This document shows, in pieces, positions 17,621-30,254 of a stretch of DNA of 64,000 bases. The first letter of the stretch is position 1. Each line of letters starts with the position of its first letter. The stretch is from Candidatus Omnitrophota bacterium (GTDB lineage: Bacteria > Omnitrophota > Gorgyraeia > Gygaellales > Profunditerraquicolaceae). Position numbers and translations under genes: made by a program. A model generated the notes under the pieces. That model ran no database searches and was not told where the DNA came from. It saw nothing but the letters and a program-made list of their open reading frames with translations. The stretch lies in NCBI GenBank assembly GCA_025453445.1, contig JALOQJ010000001.1, forward strand, positions 9,155-73,154, in the 5' to 3' direction.

Positions 17621-18465
17621 TGTGGGCAGAAATATGTACCCCGGCCCCCTAAAGCAATCCTTTTAATCAAAGTCTTACAAACCAAACAAGGCTTGCCTTC
17701 ACGGCCGTAAACCTTATGGTATTTTGCATAACTGCCGGCTTCTCCGCTTAACTGCACATATTGATCCACAGAAGAGCCTTTATAATGTATCGCCTCAGAA
17801 AGCGTATCTTTTATTTCCTTAAATAAGGCGGCCTTTTCTTTAGCTGATAAAGACGAAGCTGGCCGCAGCGGATTAATTTTCGCCCTGAATAAAACTTCTG
17901 CCGCGTAAAGGTTACCTATTCCGGCAATAAACGCCTGATCCAGCAACAAGGGCTTGATTTTGGTTTTTTTTAGCGCCAGCATTCCGCTGAAACGCTCTAA
18001 AGTTAAATCAAACGGCTCAGGCCCCAGCCCCTGAATAAATTTTAATTTCTTCCAATCATCAACCAACCGTAATTCCGCAAACAACCTCTGGTCATTAAAA
18101 TCAAGGATTTTACCGTCGGAAAGCTTAAAGCTTACCCGGCTTAAACGGGCATTTCCCGGATATACAAGCCTTTCGGCTCGCTTCGCTCGCTCAGGGCTGG
18201 TGCTAGGCGGCATTCGAAGCACCAGTTGTCCGGTCATCTTTAGATGTATGGCTAAAGCTCTGCCTGAGGCGAGTTCCAGAATCAAAAGCTTGCCTTTACG
18301 TAAGACATTTTTTATTGTTTCATTGGTAAGCCCTTTAACAAAAAGCTCTTTTTTCGGCTCGCGGATCACTTTAGGATTATTTATCACTACATCAACAATC
18401 TTTTTACCTAAGATGTGTTTAACTAATCCTCTTTTAACGGTCTCAACTTCCGGCAACTCCGGCAT
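17608..18465 (-). CDS. mutM: Formamidopyrimidine-DNA glycosylase (start MPELPEV)
   Basis: PELPEVE, HLKMTG, GIGNLY, C-terminal CxxC...CxxC zinc finger. Confidence 0.97.
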   Translation of the reverse strand: MPELPEVETVKRGLVKHILGKKIVDVVINNPKVIREPKKELFVKGLTNETIKNVLRKGKLLILELASGRALAIHLKMTGQLVLRMPPSTSPERAKRAERLVYPGNARLSRVSFKLSDGKILDFNDQRLFAELRLVDDWKKLKFIQGLGPEPFDLTLERFSGMLALKKTKIKPLLLDQAFIAGIGNLYAAEVLFRAKINPLRPASSLSAKEKAALFKEIKDTLSEAIHYKGSSVDQYVQLSGEAGSYAKYHKVYGREGKPCLVCKTLIKRIALGGRGTYFCPHCQR

Positions 18466-18866
18466 TAATTTTTCTCTCCGATAATTTTCACCCAAACTTC
18501 ACGGTTACGCGGCCCATCCCATTCGCAAAAATATACCCCCTGCCATGTACCGAAGAGAAGCTGGCCCCCTTCGATAAAAATATTCAGGGATATGCCGAAT
18601 ACTCCGGATTTAATATGGCTGTCGGCATTACCTTCGCTGTGCGTATAATCCGCGCCTTCCGGGACAAGCTTGCTCAAGGCCTTAATAATATCGCGCTTTA
18701 CTGCAGGATCGGCATTTTCATTAATCGTCAGGCCTGCGGTAGTATGCGGACAAAAAACATAACAGATGCCATCTTTAATTCCACTTTTAGATACCACTTC
18801 ACGTATCTGATTGGTAATATCCACCAGTTCCGATCTTTTTGTAGTTTTTATCAACAGTTTTTCCAT
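18465..18866 (-). CDS. yjbQ: YjbQ/UPF0047 family protein
   Basis: HTTAGLTINEN, GNADSHIK, GTWQG..F.E.DGPR. Confidence 0.9.
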   Translation of the reverse strand: MEKLLIKTTKRSELVDITNQIREVVSKSGIKDGICYVFCPHTTAGLTINENADPAVKRDIIKALSKLVPEGADYTHSEGNADSHIKSGVFGISLNIFIEGGQLLFGTWQGVYFCEWDGPRNREVWVKIIGEKN

Positions 18867-18868
18867 GT

Positions 18869-21800
18869 CTACCTCTTGGTTTTTGCTTTCTTATGATATT
18901 CCTGCAGTGATTTAACTCCCAGCCCTTTTTTCAGCATCGCTTCCATGCCATTAACAGTGGCCTGGGCACCGGAAATCGTCGTGGTATAAGGTATACCGTA
19001 AAGGATTACCTGTGAGCGGATTTTAATTTCATCCTGCCGCGGAATTCTCCCTGTCGGGGTATTGATTACCAGCTGGATTTTTCCGTCTTTCATCAAATCC
19101 AAGACGTTAGGCCTGCCTTCGGCTATTTTGGGAAGAATTTTAACCGTAATCCCGCTCGTTTCCAATGCTGCTGCTGTGCCGCTGGTAGCATAAATATGAA
19201 ATCCCAGATCCTGTAATTTCTTAGCCACAAAAACTATCGCCCGCTTATCTTTATCCCGCACAGAAATAAACACATTTCCCTTAGACGGAATGTTTTGCCC
19301 GGCAGCAAGCTGGCTTTTTATATATGCCAGGCCAAAATCACGGTCAATGCCCATGACTTCGCCGGTAGATTTCATTTCCGGGCCTAAGATTACATCCACT
19401 CCCGGGAAACGATTAAAAGGAAATACCGATTCTTTAACTGCAACATGTTTCGGAATAATCTCCTGGGTAAATTTCAGGTTTTTCAGTTTTTCTCCCAGCA
19501 TAATTTTAGTGGCTAATTTCGCTAAAGGAACACCTACTACCTTGGAAACAAAAGGCACGGTGCGGCTTGCCCGGGGATTAACCTCTAAAACATAAACTTT
19601 CTCATCCTTAACAGCATACTGTACATTCATCAGGCCTAAAACATTTAATTCTTTAGCCATCTTATAACTAGCCTCTCTAACTTTCTCCAGTATATCCTTT
19701 GATAAGGTGTATGTTGGTAAAGACATCGCTGAGTCACCAGAATGAATCCCTGCTTCTTCGATGTGCTCCATGATCCCGCCGATAACAAAGGTTTCGCCGT
19801 CGCCGATTAAATCCACATCCACTTCAATCGCATCCTCAAGGAATTTATCAATTAACACCGGGTGCTCTCCGGAAACCTCTGCTGCTTCTTTGATAAAACC
19901 TTCGAGTTTTTCTTCATCATAAACAATTTCCATTGCCCGGCCGCCCAAAACATATGATGGACGCACCAAGACCGGATAACCGATTTTTCTTGCTACTTCC
20001 CGGGCTTCAGTAAAATTAAAAGCAGTGCCGTTCTCCGGCTGTAATAAATCCAGCTTGTGCAACATCTGTTTAAAGCGCTTTCTGTCTTCGGCAATATCAA
20101 TACTCTCGGCGCTGGTGCCGAGAATATTTACTCCTGCCTTACGCAAAGAAACCGCTAAATTCAGAGGAGTTTGTCCCCCAAACTGCACAATTACTCCCAT
20201 CGGCTTTTCCTGTTCGATGATATTCATAATATCTTCAAAGGTCAGCGGCTCAAAATACAGCCTGTCCGAAGTATCATAGTCGGTAGAAACCGTTTCCGGG
20301 TTGCAATTTACCATAACGCTATCAATACCTTCTTCTTTCAAAGCATATGCTGCATGGCAACAACAATAATCAAACTCAATGCCCTGTCCTATGCGGTTAG
20401 GCCCGCCGCCTAAAATAACTACTTTTTTATTTTTACTCGGCCTTGCCTCGTCATTAGTTTCATAAGTAGAGTAGTAATACGGCTGCTTGGCATTAAACTC
20501 GCCTGCGCAGGTATCAACTAATTTATAAGTCGCTAATAAATTCTGTTTCTTGCGCGCTTCCCGCACTTTATCCTCCTTGGAATTCAATAAAAAACCCAAC
20601 TGCCTATCGGAGAAGCCGTCTTTTTTCGCCTCAAGCAACAACTCATAAGGGACTTTTACTTCATCCTCCGGCTTATGGCTCCTGAATTTTTTAATCTCTT
20701 CTTCCATCTCAACTAATTGTTTCATATTGTCAATAAACCACCTGTCAATATGTGTTAGTTCATAAATCTCATCTATCGACAGGCCTGCTTTCAGGGCGTA
20801 ACGGATATAAAAAAATCTTTCATCATTGGGAACACGGATTTTATCTTTAATTACTTTCAGCAGCCCGTTTTCCGGTTTTACCAGCATCTCGTCGGTAATT
20901 TTATCTTTGCCGTCTGCGCCAAAACCAAAGCGGGAAATCTCAATAGAGCGGATGCCTTTTTGCAAAGCCTCCTTAAAGTTCCTGCCGATGGACATTGCTT
21001 CGCCCACTGCTTTCATGGAAGTGTTCAAAACCCGCTCAGCGCGGGGGAATTTCTCAAAAGTAAATCTGCAGATTTTAAATACGCAATAATCAACTGTTGG
21101 CTCAAAGAAAGAAGTAGTTTTGCCGGTAATCTGATTCATTACTTCCGGCAGGGTAAAACCTATTGCTAATTTTGTTGCCACGCGGGCAATAGGAAAACCA
21201 GTGGCTTTGGAAGCCAGGGCAGAAGAACGGCTCAGCCGAGGATTAACCTCGATAATCACGATATGCCCATTATCGGGATTTTGCGCAAACTGAATATTCG
21301 CCCCGCCGCCGGAAATCCCGATTCTGCGGATAATTTTTTTGGATAGATTAACGAAGTTTGTATATTCTTCGGCGGTTAAAGTCTGGGCAGGTGCGACAAC
21401 TGCACTATCACCAGTATGCACACCCATGGGATCCACATTTTCCATGGAAGTAATCATAATTACATTGTCAGCGCAGTCACGCATAACCTCAAATTCAATT
21501 TCTTTCCAGCCTAAAACCGACTGCTCTACTAAAATCTGATGCACCGGGCTTGTTTCCAGGCCCTTAGCAAGAAATTTCTCCAATTCTTCTTTGTTATAAG
21601 CAGTTGCGCTGCCTGAGCCGCCTAAACAATATGCCGGCCGAAGAATTAAGGGAAAGCCGATACCTAATCCTATTTTCATTCCTTCTTCTACAGAAGTCGC
21701 AATTCCGCTTTTAGGCACATCCACACCGATTTCCTGCATTGCTTTTTTAAAAAGCTCACGGTCTTCTGCGCAGGAAATTGCTTCAACCGACGATCCGATT

Positions 21801-22144
21801 GACTCAACCCCGTATTTTTTTAAAATTCCCTGCTTCATCAGGAAAAATGCCAGATTAAGCCCGGTCTGGCCGCCCAGCGTCGGTAAAATTGCATCCGGCC
21901 TCTCTTTTTTGATAATTTCCGTAACCATTTGTACTGATAATGGCTCGATATAAGTTACATCTGCTAAGCCCGGATCAGTCATGATTGTTGCCGGGTTAGA
22001 ATTTACCAATATCGTAAAATAACCTTCCTCGCGCAGCGCCTTGCAGGCCTGCGAGCCGGAATAATCAAATTCACAGGCTTGTCCGATAATAATCGGGCCT
22101 GATCCAATCATAAGAATTTTTTTAATGTCTTTACGCCTTGGCAT
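18869..22144 (-). CDS. carB: Carbamoyl-phosphate synthase large subunit
   Basis: [17 protein letters not shown], duplicated ATP-grasp domains, MGS domain. Confidence 0.98.
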   Translation of the reverse strand: MPRRKDIKKILMIGSGPIIIGQACEFDYSGSQACKALREEGYFTILVNSNPATIMTDPGLADVTYIEPLSVQMVTEIIKKERPDAILPTLGGQTGLNLAFFLMKQGILKKYGVESIGSSVEAISCAEDRELFKKAMQEIGVDVPKSGIATSVEEGMKIGLGIGFPLILRPAYCLGGSGSATAYNKEELEKFLAKGLETSPVHQILVEQSVLGWKEIEFEVMRDCADNVIMITSMENVDPMGVHTGDSAVVAPAQTLTAEEYTNFVNLSKKIIRRIGISGGGANIQFAQNPDNGHIVIIEVNPRLSRSSALASKATGFPIARVATKLAIGFTLPEVMNQITGKTTSFFEPTVDYCVFKICRFTFEKFPRAERVLNTSMKAVGEAMSIGRNFKEALQKGIRSIEISRFGFGADGKDKITDEMLVKPENGLLKVIKDKIRVPNDERFFYIRYALKAGLSIDEIYELTHIDRWFIDNMKQLVEMEEEIKKFRSHKPEDEVKVPYELLLEAKKDGFSDRQLGFLLNSKEDKVREARKKQNLLATYKLVDTCAGEFNAKQPYYYSTYETNDEARPSKNKKVVILGGGPNRIGQGIEFDYCCCHAAYALKEEGIDSVMVNCNPETVSTDYDTSDRLYFEPLTFEDIMNIIEQEKPMGVIVQFGGQTPLNLAVSLRKAGVNILGTSAESIDIAEDRKRFKQMLHKLDLLQPENGTAFNFTEAREVARKIGYPVLVRPSYVLGGRAMEIVYDEEKLEGFIKEAAEVSGEHPVLIDKFLEDAIEVDVDLIGDGETFVIGGIMEHIEEAGIHSGDSAMSLPTYTLSKDILEKVREASYKMAKELNVLGLMNVQYAVKDEKVYVLEVNPRASRTVPFVSKVVGVPLAKLATKIMLGEKLKNLKFTQEIIPKHVAVKESVFPFNRFPGVDVILGPEMKSTGEVMGIDRDFGLAYIKSQLAAGQNIPSKGNVFISVRDKDKRAIVFVAKKLQDLGFHIYATSGTAAALETSGITVKILPKIAEGRPNVLDLMKDGKIQLVINTPTGRIPRQDEIKIRSQVILYGIPYTTTISGAQATVNGMEAMLKKGLGVKSLQEYHKKAKTKR

Positions 22145-22155
22145 AAGTGTTCTCC

Positions 22156-23229
22156 TTAATTAAGCATTTTAATAAATTTTTTCAATACCGGGTTGACTTC
22201 ATTAAAACCCGGGCTGGTTAAGTAATACTGCACGCCGAGAAGCTTCATTTTTTTGCTTTCCATTTCCTCGACGGTACGGTCATTCAGGTTAAACCCAGTA
22301 ACTTTAATACCCTTAATCTTATTCAGCGAATCAATATCCACCACCCAAGAATGGTTTTGAACGGTAATTTCACCTTTATAAACCGCCCTGCTAAGCACAG
22401 GGTAATTTACTCCCCGGTGCCCGAGTTTTAATTTGCTTAATTTAGCTCCTAAAGCACGAGCCAAAACCTGATGCCCGCTCGATATACCCAATATCGGCAG
22501 TTTATTAATCAGCCTTTTTAAATTCTCTGCCACTACATCCAAGCCGCTATCTTCTTCCGGGCCGTTGGAAACAATCAGGCCGTCTGGCTTCAAGCGTAAA
22601 ATCTCCTCAGCGCTGGTATTATACGGCAAGAGGATTAAAGAAAGGCCCAAAGTTTCCAGTTGTTTTACTATGCCTCGAGTAATCCCTAAATCCAAAACAG
22701 CAATTTTCTTCTTTGCCTTTGCCTTACCCAGATGGGTTATTTTATTTACCGAAATCTGCGCTAACAAACTTTCTTGTTGTTTTTTACGGAAGCGTTCGAT
22801 TTTTAAAAGCAAATCCTTGGGATCAAAACTTTCTGTAGAAATAATTCCTAACATCTGGCCTTTCTGTCTCAGGTGAACTGCCAAGGTGCGCGTATCTACG
22901 CCTGTTATCGAAAGCAATCCTTGCTCTTTGACAAAATCATCGAAGCTTGCCTTTGCTTGCCAGTTAGAATAAATCCGTGTTTTTTCTTTAATTACCAAAC
23001 CCGCCAGCCAAACTTTTTTTGATTCATTAAATTTAGGAGCAACTCCATAATTTCCGATCAAGGGATAGGTAAATACCAAAATTTTCCCGGCATTTGCAGG
23101 ATCTGTCATCATCTCCTGATAGCCCACTACTGCGGTATTGAGAATCACCTCACCAATAGCCTCACCTTTTACGCCTAGCGCTGTAGCGCTAAAACTCTTC
23201 CCATCAGCTAACATTATAATTGCCTTCAT
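22156..23229 (-). CDS. carA: Carbamoyl-phosphate synthase small subunit with degenerate glutaminase site
   Basis: [20 protein letters not shown] are present. GISSGHQ replaces GICLGHQ and QYYLT replaces QYHPE. Confidence 0.9.
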   Translation of the reverse strand: MKAIIMLADGKSFSATALGVKGEAIGEVILNTAVVGYQEMMTDPANAGKILVFTYPLIGNYGVAPKFNESKKVWLAGLVIKEKTRIYSNWQAKASFDDFVKEQGLLSITGVDTRTLAVHLRQKGQMLGIISTESFDPKDLLLKIERFRKKQQESLLAQISVNKITHLGKAKAKKKIAVLDLGITRGIVKQLETLGLSLILLPYNTSAEEILRLKPDGLIVSNGPEEDSGLDVVAENLKRLINKLPILGISSGHQVLARALGAKLSKLKLGHRGVNYPVLSRAVYKGEITVQNHSWVVDIDSLNKIKGIKVTGFNLNDRTVEEMESKKMKLLGVQYYLTSPGFNEVNPVLKKFIKMLN

Positions 23230-23346
23230 ATTTTCTTCCTCCGCTCCACTTTTGCCATTTTTTTGCCTAATTTATGGGTCAAATACTCCACTTTTCTAGA
23301 ACAGCTATACATCCGATTAGTGTTATAACTTTTCCCCCGCATATAT

Positions 23347-23385
23347 TTATCCACATAGTAGGGGACGTTTAAACGTCCCCTACTA
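23347..23385. repeat. DnaA box plus REP-like hairpin (copy 3)
   Basis: TTATCCACA-TA-GTAGGGGACGTTTAAACGTCCCCTAC. Confidence 0.8.
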
Positions 23386-23388
23386 TTA

Positions 23389-23463
23389 TGGTGCGCCTGA
23401 CAGGAGTCGAACCTGTACCAACAGCTTCGGAGGCTGATGCCCTATCCATTGGGCCACAGGCGC
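23389..23463 (-). tRNA. tRNA-Arg(CCG)
   Basis: GCGCCTG...CAGC CTCCGAA GCTG...CAGGCGC ACCA. Confidence 0.93.
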
Positions 23464-23470
23464 ATTATTA

Positions 23471-24709
23471 TCAGAATAAGCTTAATTGTTTTTCACCTTG
23501 TGTTGCTTTTTCTTCATCCCCGAAAATCGAGATTTTGCCGTATTCGCCATCAAAACCCGGATCAATTTTAACCTTGCCTTTACGTACACGCAAAACCCCC
23601 TCTGCTATTCTAGCTGGTAGCCCTTTTAATAATTCTTCTTCTGAGGCACGCAGCAGAATATCAAACTCTGTGCCGAATTTTGCCACTAAAGAACGATATT
23701 CTCTTTCCACTGACACTGCGGTCTTAGCTACGCCTTTTGCCTCAGCCACAATCTCATCAAAAGGAACCATGTTTTTATAGGGAACTGCGTTGGACGGCAT
23801 ATATCCTTGCGGCCGGTCAGCCAACACATCTACCCGGTTCATTACACCCACAGTAACCGGTTTGCCGCATTCAGGGCATTTGCCTTGGAGCTTTTTAGTT
23901 TCTTCCGGCGAAAGCCGCGTATTACAAAGGCGGTGCCCGTCAAAATGGTATTTACCTTCTTCCGGAAAAAATTCTATAGTCGATAAAAATCTTTTCTTGT
24001 CTTTTGTTTTCAGCACTTCTCTGATGGTGCTGTAATTTAAATCGCAGTTAAAAATATTTGCCTCGCGGCCGATTTTAGCCGGCGAATGGCTGTCTGAATT
24101 ACTGATTAAACTGAATTTATCCAAGGCTGATACTCTCCAATTCATTGCCGGATCGCTCGATAAGCCGGTTTCCAAAGCAAATATTTTCGGGGTCTGATCC
24201 TCAAAACAGTCTTCAATCCGGTTAAATCCGGACATCGAACCAAAGACAGAAAACCACGGGGTCCAGGCATGTGCAGGAATAACCATACAATTCTCGTCGA
24301 TATCAAAGACAATCCGCGCTAATTCCGCGGCATCTAACCCCAGTATCGGCCGGCCGTCAGAAGCTAAATTCCCGCAGTTAGAAAGCGCGGCGTTAATTTT
24401 ATCCGTAGTTTTAAACGATGGGCTATAAATTAGGTTATGAATCCTGTAAGTTTTATTTTTCTTCGAATATATGCTGCTGATTTCCGCGCTTAAAATAAAG
24501 TTTATCCCCCGGTATTTAAACAAACCGTTGCCGGTATCCTCTAAATTATTTTTCAGCTCTTCCAGCCAGAGGTGGTGGGTAAAATCCCCTGTAGCCATCA
24601 GGTGAATGCCTTTTATTTTTGCCCACTCCGCAATATGCTGCACATCCATATCCCTGCTTGTAGCGCGCGAATACTTGGAATGGATATGAAAATCAGCAAT
24701 AAATTCCAT
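23471..24709 (-). CDS. Endonuclease Q-family PHP-domain protein
   Basis: ADFHIHSKYSRATS, PAHAWTPWFS, SNSDSHS, GKYH.DGHR.C, CPECG. Confidence 0.9.
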   Translation of the reverse strand: MEFIADFHIHSKYSRATSRDMDVQHIAEWAKIKGIHLMATGDFTHHLWLEELKNNLEDTGNGLFKYRGINFILSAEISSIYSKKNKTYRIHNLIYSPSFKTTDKINAALSNCGNLASDGRPILGLDAAELARIVFDIDENCMVIPAHAWTPWFSVFGSMSGFNRIEDCFEDQTPKIFALETGLSSDPAMNWRVSALDKFSLISNSDSHSPAKIGREANIFNCDLNYSTIREVLKTKDKKRFLSTIEFFPEEGKYHFDGHRLCNTRLSPEETKKLQGKCPECGKPVTVGVMNRVDVLADRPQGYMPSNAVPYKNMVPFDEIVAEAKGVAKTAVSVEREYRSLVAKFGTEFDILLRASEEELLKGLPARIAEGVLRVRKGKVKIDPGFDGEYGKISIFGDEEKATQGEKQLSLF

Positions 24710-25975
24710 TATTTACATACCTCCTCGTAAACAATTTTACCGCTCAGGATTGTATATTCTACCACGCCTTTAACTTTTCTGCCTAAAAAAGGAGAATTTT
24801 TAGATTTGGACACAATGGTTTCTTTCGTCAGAATGAATTCTCGGGCTGGATCTATAATTATTATATCCGCATCCTGCCCAACGCTCAATTGCCCTTTATC
24901 TACCCCAAGGATTTTTGCGGGGTTAAGCGATATTTTCCTAACCAATTCCGGCCAATCCAGTATTTGTTTTCCAATTAATTCCTGGACGCACACTGCCAAA
25001 CCGGATTCCAGGCCGATTTTACCGAATTCTGCCCGGTCAAACTCAATATCTTTTTCGTTTTCAGTATGTGGTGCATGGTCTGAAGCAATAGCATCAATAA
25101 TGCCGCTTCTTAATCCTTCCCGGATAGCTGCCAGATCTTCTTTGGCCCTCAAGGGCGGATTTATTTTCATATTAGTATCGTATCCTACAACATCTTCCTC
25201 TGAAAGAGTAAAATAATGAGGGGCAGTTTCACAAGTTACAGTAATGCCTTTTTTCTTTGCCTTGGCAATTATTTCTACGGACTCTTTGCAACTAACATGT
25301 GCAATATGGATTGCAGCCTTTGCCTTTTGCGCAAGCCCGATATCGCGCTCAACACGCAGGTATTCTGATTCCCGGGAAATACCGCGTAAACCAAGCTTTG
25401 TGGAAATAAACCCTAAATTTACTACGCCGTTTTTAGAGAGGGCTTTATCCTCGCAATGCGCAATGACTAAAATCTTCTCTTTGGCGGCTTTCTGCAGTGC
25501 CTTTAAAAATATCTTTTCATCATCTACTGACGCACCGTCATCAGTAATCGCAATCGCTCCGGATTTTTTTAAGCCGGCGATATCGGTAATTTCTTTTCCC
25601 AGGCGCGACTTCGTAATCGCTGCACTGATCAAAACATTGCACTGTGCGCTTTTTTTAATAATGCCTTTTAACAGCTCCGCATTCTCAGAAGAATCTATTG
25701 CCGGGCAGGTATTAGGCATTGCTAAAAGTGAAGTTACTCCGCCCTTTAAAGCCGCCTGTGTGCCGCTGGCAACGGTTTCTTTATCTTCCCTACCGGGCTC
25801 TCGTAAATGCACATGCATATCTACAATGCCGGGAATGACGATTTTAGCGCTGGCATCAATTATTTTGTCAGCTTTACTGGTAATTTCCTTTTGCAGGCAG
25901 GCAACTTTACCGTTTTCTATAAGCACGTCTAAGACGCTGTCGATGTTATTTGCCGGGTCGATTACGCGGCCGGAT

Positions 25976-25992
<17 letters not shown>
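24709..25992 (-). CDS. pyrC: Dihydroorotase
   Basis: DMHVHLREPG, MPNT, KINPPLR, SDHAPH. Confidence 0.95.
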
Positions 25993-27897
<1,905 letters not shown>

Positions 27898-27924
27898 TTA
27901 CTTTTTCCTCAGTGCCTCAGTGAC

Positions 27925-28030
27925 AAAAAAAACCCAACTGTTTATTTTATACAGTTGGGCTATTGTTTCGGTAATCTCCTTCATTGCTTCTCTCCCCTTG
28001 TCAGCCTCTCTGAGCTGAACTTAAAGGTTA
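27925..28030 (-). promoter_or_regulatory. PyrR-binding attenuator with intrinsic terminator
   Basis: CCTTTAAGTTCAGCTCAGAGAGGCTGACAAGG PyrR-type loop, then CCCAACTGT..ACAGTTGGG followed by T8. Confidence 0.85.
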
Positions 28031-28045
28031 TTAATATTAACAATA

Positions 28046-28074
28046 ACTATATCATTTCCGATACAAGATGTCAA
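28046..28074 (-). promoter_or_regulatory. Sigma70 promoter of the pyr operon
   Basis: TTGACA-17 nt-TATAGT with extended TG. Confidence 0.75.
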
Positions 28075-28081
28075 GGAGATA

Positions 28082-29563
28082 TTATAAATTCATGGTTTTA
28101 ATCAGGGCGTCGACAACTTTCTTCTCATAGCGCTCACCCACATGCCGCAGCAATTCTTCTTTTGCCTGAGCAAAATCCTTGGCTTTTTGGTACGGCCGGT
28201 CTGTAGTCATAGCGTCGAAGCAATCTGTTACCGCCAAGATCTTTGCTTCCAGTGATATCTGATCTCCTTTAAGATGATCCGGGTAGCCCTGGCCGTTCAG
28301 CCACTCATGATGGTGGCGGATAGCATCGCGCAAATGAGAAAAACCGTGCAAGGGAATAATAATGCCTTCGCCGATAACCGGATGCTGTTCTATAATTTGC
28401 CGCTCAGTATCATTGAGCATGCCGGCCTTGAGCAATATCTCGTCGCTGATGCCGATTTTTCCGACATCATGCAACTGGGCAGCCTCCTGAATTGCTTTAA
28501 TGCGCTGCTCGGGCAATTGCAGCTCCCGGGCAATTTTTACCGAGTATTCACCAATACGATCAGAGTGGCCGCGGCTGTAAACATCCCGCGCCTCTACTGC
28601 CATGGCCAATGCAGAAATAGTTTCAAAATAGGCCTTTTCATTATCGGCATTTAAGCGTGCGTTCTCTAATGCCAAAGCCACCTGCGCGGAGATATTGGAG
28701 AGAATTGCCAGCTCGTCTTCTTCGAAATTATTACCCTCTTTTTTGCCGCTTAATAAAATTACTCCCAAGACCGTATTATGGAACACCAGCGGCGCAGCAA
28801 TCAAAGGAAGCTCAAAAGCAGCTGTTGTGCTAGCCTTATGCAGGCGCGGGATAAATAAAGGCTTTTTATGTTTAATTACCCAACCGGCTACTTCTTCCTC
28901 GACGGGAATTCTCCTGCCTTTTTCATACCCGGGGTCAAGATTATAAGCTGACCTTACTACCAATTCATTTTTTTCCGTATCCAGCATCAGCAATAGCCCT
29001 GTTTTCGCACCCAGGGCATCCACCGTAGTATTTAAAATCAACTCAAGAAAAGTATCGATATTTTCCGCAAAAGATACACCGCTGGCGATTTTCAGCAGGA
29101 TATCCTGAACTATCTTCCTGGATTTTTCCAGCTGCTTGATATTATCTTCTAATTGGCGCACAATCTCATTAAATGAATGCGCCAGCTGGTTTACTTCGTT
29201 ATCTCCTCCTGTTTTTATATGAATCCGCCGGGTTAAATCGCCCTTCAGTATATTTTGCGCATCTTTGGAGACCCGGGTTAAATTAATAAAAGTCTGGCGC
29301 ATACTGATAAATCCGATTAAAGCGAAAATACCGATTAAAAACACTGCCCAGAAAAAAAGCGTAGAACTGATCTTAATTGTGCCGGTTGAAACAGAAAGAA
29401 AAAACAAAATGGCAAGCACAATAAAGGGGAAAAAAGACATGAGAGAGAAAAATACGGAGAATTTTCTAATTACAGGGGCATCGTCAACGGATTTTAACTT
29501 CTGAATGGGTGACTTCGCTATTCTTTTCATTGCGATAGGTTTATTATACAAAGAGGGCTGCAT
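28082..29563 (-). CDS. Membrane HAMP-GAF-HD-GYP c-di-GMP phosphodiesterase
   Basis: Two TM helices, HAMP (EVNQLAHSFN), GAF, GHSDR, LHDVGKIG, HHEWLNGQGYP. Confidence 0.88.
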   Translation of the reverse strand: MQPSLYNKPIAMKRIAKSPIQKLKSVDDAPVIRKFSVFFSLMSFFPFIVLAILFFLSVSTGTIKISSTLFFWAVFLIGIFALIGFISMRQTFINLTRVSKDAQNILKGDLTRRIHIKTGGDNEVNQLAHSFNEIVRQLEDNIKQLEKSRKIVQDILLKIASGVSFAENIDTFLELILNTTVDALGAKTGLLLMLDTEKNELVVRSAYNLDPGYEKGRRIPVEEEVAGWVIKHKKPLFIPRLHKASTTAAFELPLIAAPLVFHNTVLGVILLSGKKEGNNFEEDELAILSNISAQVALALENARLNADNEKAYFETISALAMAVEARDVYSRGHSDRIGEYSVKIARELQLPEQRIKAIQEAAQLHDVGKIGISDEILLKAGMLNDTERQIIEQHPVIGEGIIIPLHGFSHLRDAIRHHHEWLNGQGYPDHLKGDQISLEAKILAVTDCFDAMTTDRPYQKAKDFAQAKEELLRHVGERYEKKVVDALIKTMNL

Positions 29564-29598
29564 GATGTCAATTAATGAATAGGGCTAAAGATCGGCCT

Positions 29599-30252
29599 TT
29601 ATATTATTACAACAAATTCCCCGCGCGGCCTCTGGGATTTAAGTTTTTCTGAAATTTCTTTTGCGCTTCCGCGTATTACCTCTTCGAACTTTTTGGTCAG
29701 CTCCCGGCAACAGGCAATCTCCCTGTCTCCAAAAATAGCTTCAACATCTTCCAGGGCAGCCAAAATCCTGTGGCAGGATTCATAAAAAATCAGCGTATAT
29801 TTTAGTTGTGCCAATTCTTTCAGCCGGTTACGCCGGCTAACAGGCTTATTCGGCAGGAAACCTTCGAAAATAAATTTATGCGCCGGCTTGCCGGAAAGCA
29901 CCAGAGCATTGACAAACGCAGCTGCGCCCGGGATAACCGTTATTTCAATATTGTTCTCTATGGCTAAATTAATAATATTATACCCGGGATCGAGTATGCC
30001 CGGTGTGCCGGCATCAGAAACTAACGCTACGGATTTGCCTCCCTGCAGTAATTTAAGCAGATACTGAGCTTTGGTTAGACGGTTATGCTGATAAAAACTG
30101 GTAGTAGGACGTTTAATGCCATAATGGCTAAGCAGGATATTGGTATGGCGGGTATCCTCACAAGCAATCAAATCAACGGATTTCAAAACTTCTAAGGCAC
30201 GAAGTGTTATGTCTTTAAGATTGCCTATTGGAGTAGCAACGATATACAACAT
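29599..30252 (-). CDS. rsmI: 16S rRNA C1402 2'-O-methyltransferase
   Basis: LYIVATPIGNL.DIT.RA, CEDTR, SDAGTP, RELTKKFEE. Confidence 0.95.
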   Translation of the reverse strand: MLYIVATPIGNLKDITLRALEVLKSVDLIACEDTRHTNILLSHYGIKRPTTSFYQHNRLTKAQYLLKLLQGGKSVALVSDAGTPGILDPGYNIINLAIENNIEITVIPGAAAFVNALVLSGKPAHKFIFEGFLPNKPVSRRNRLKELAQLKYTLIFYESCHRILAALEDVEAIFGDREIACCRELTKKFEEVIRGSAKEISEKLKSQRPRGEFVVII

Positions 30253-30254
30253 GA

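Noticed and set aside
23388-23780. ORFs overlapping tRNAs (also 46789-46971, 47596-47841 and the 5' part of 47966)
   Set aside because: Explained by the tRNA genes
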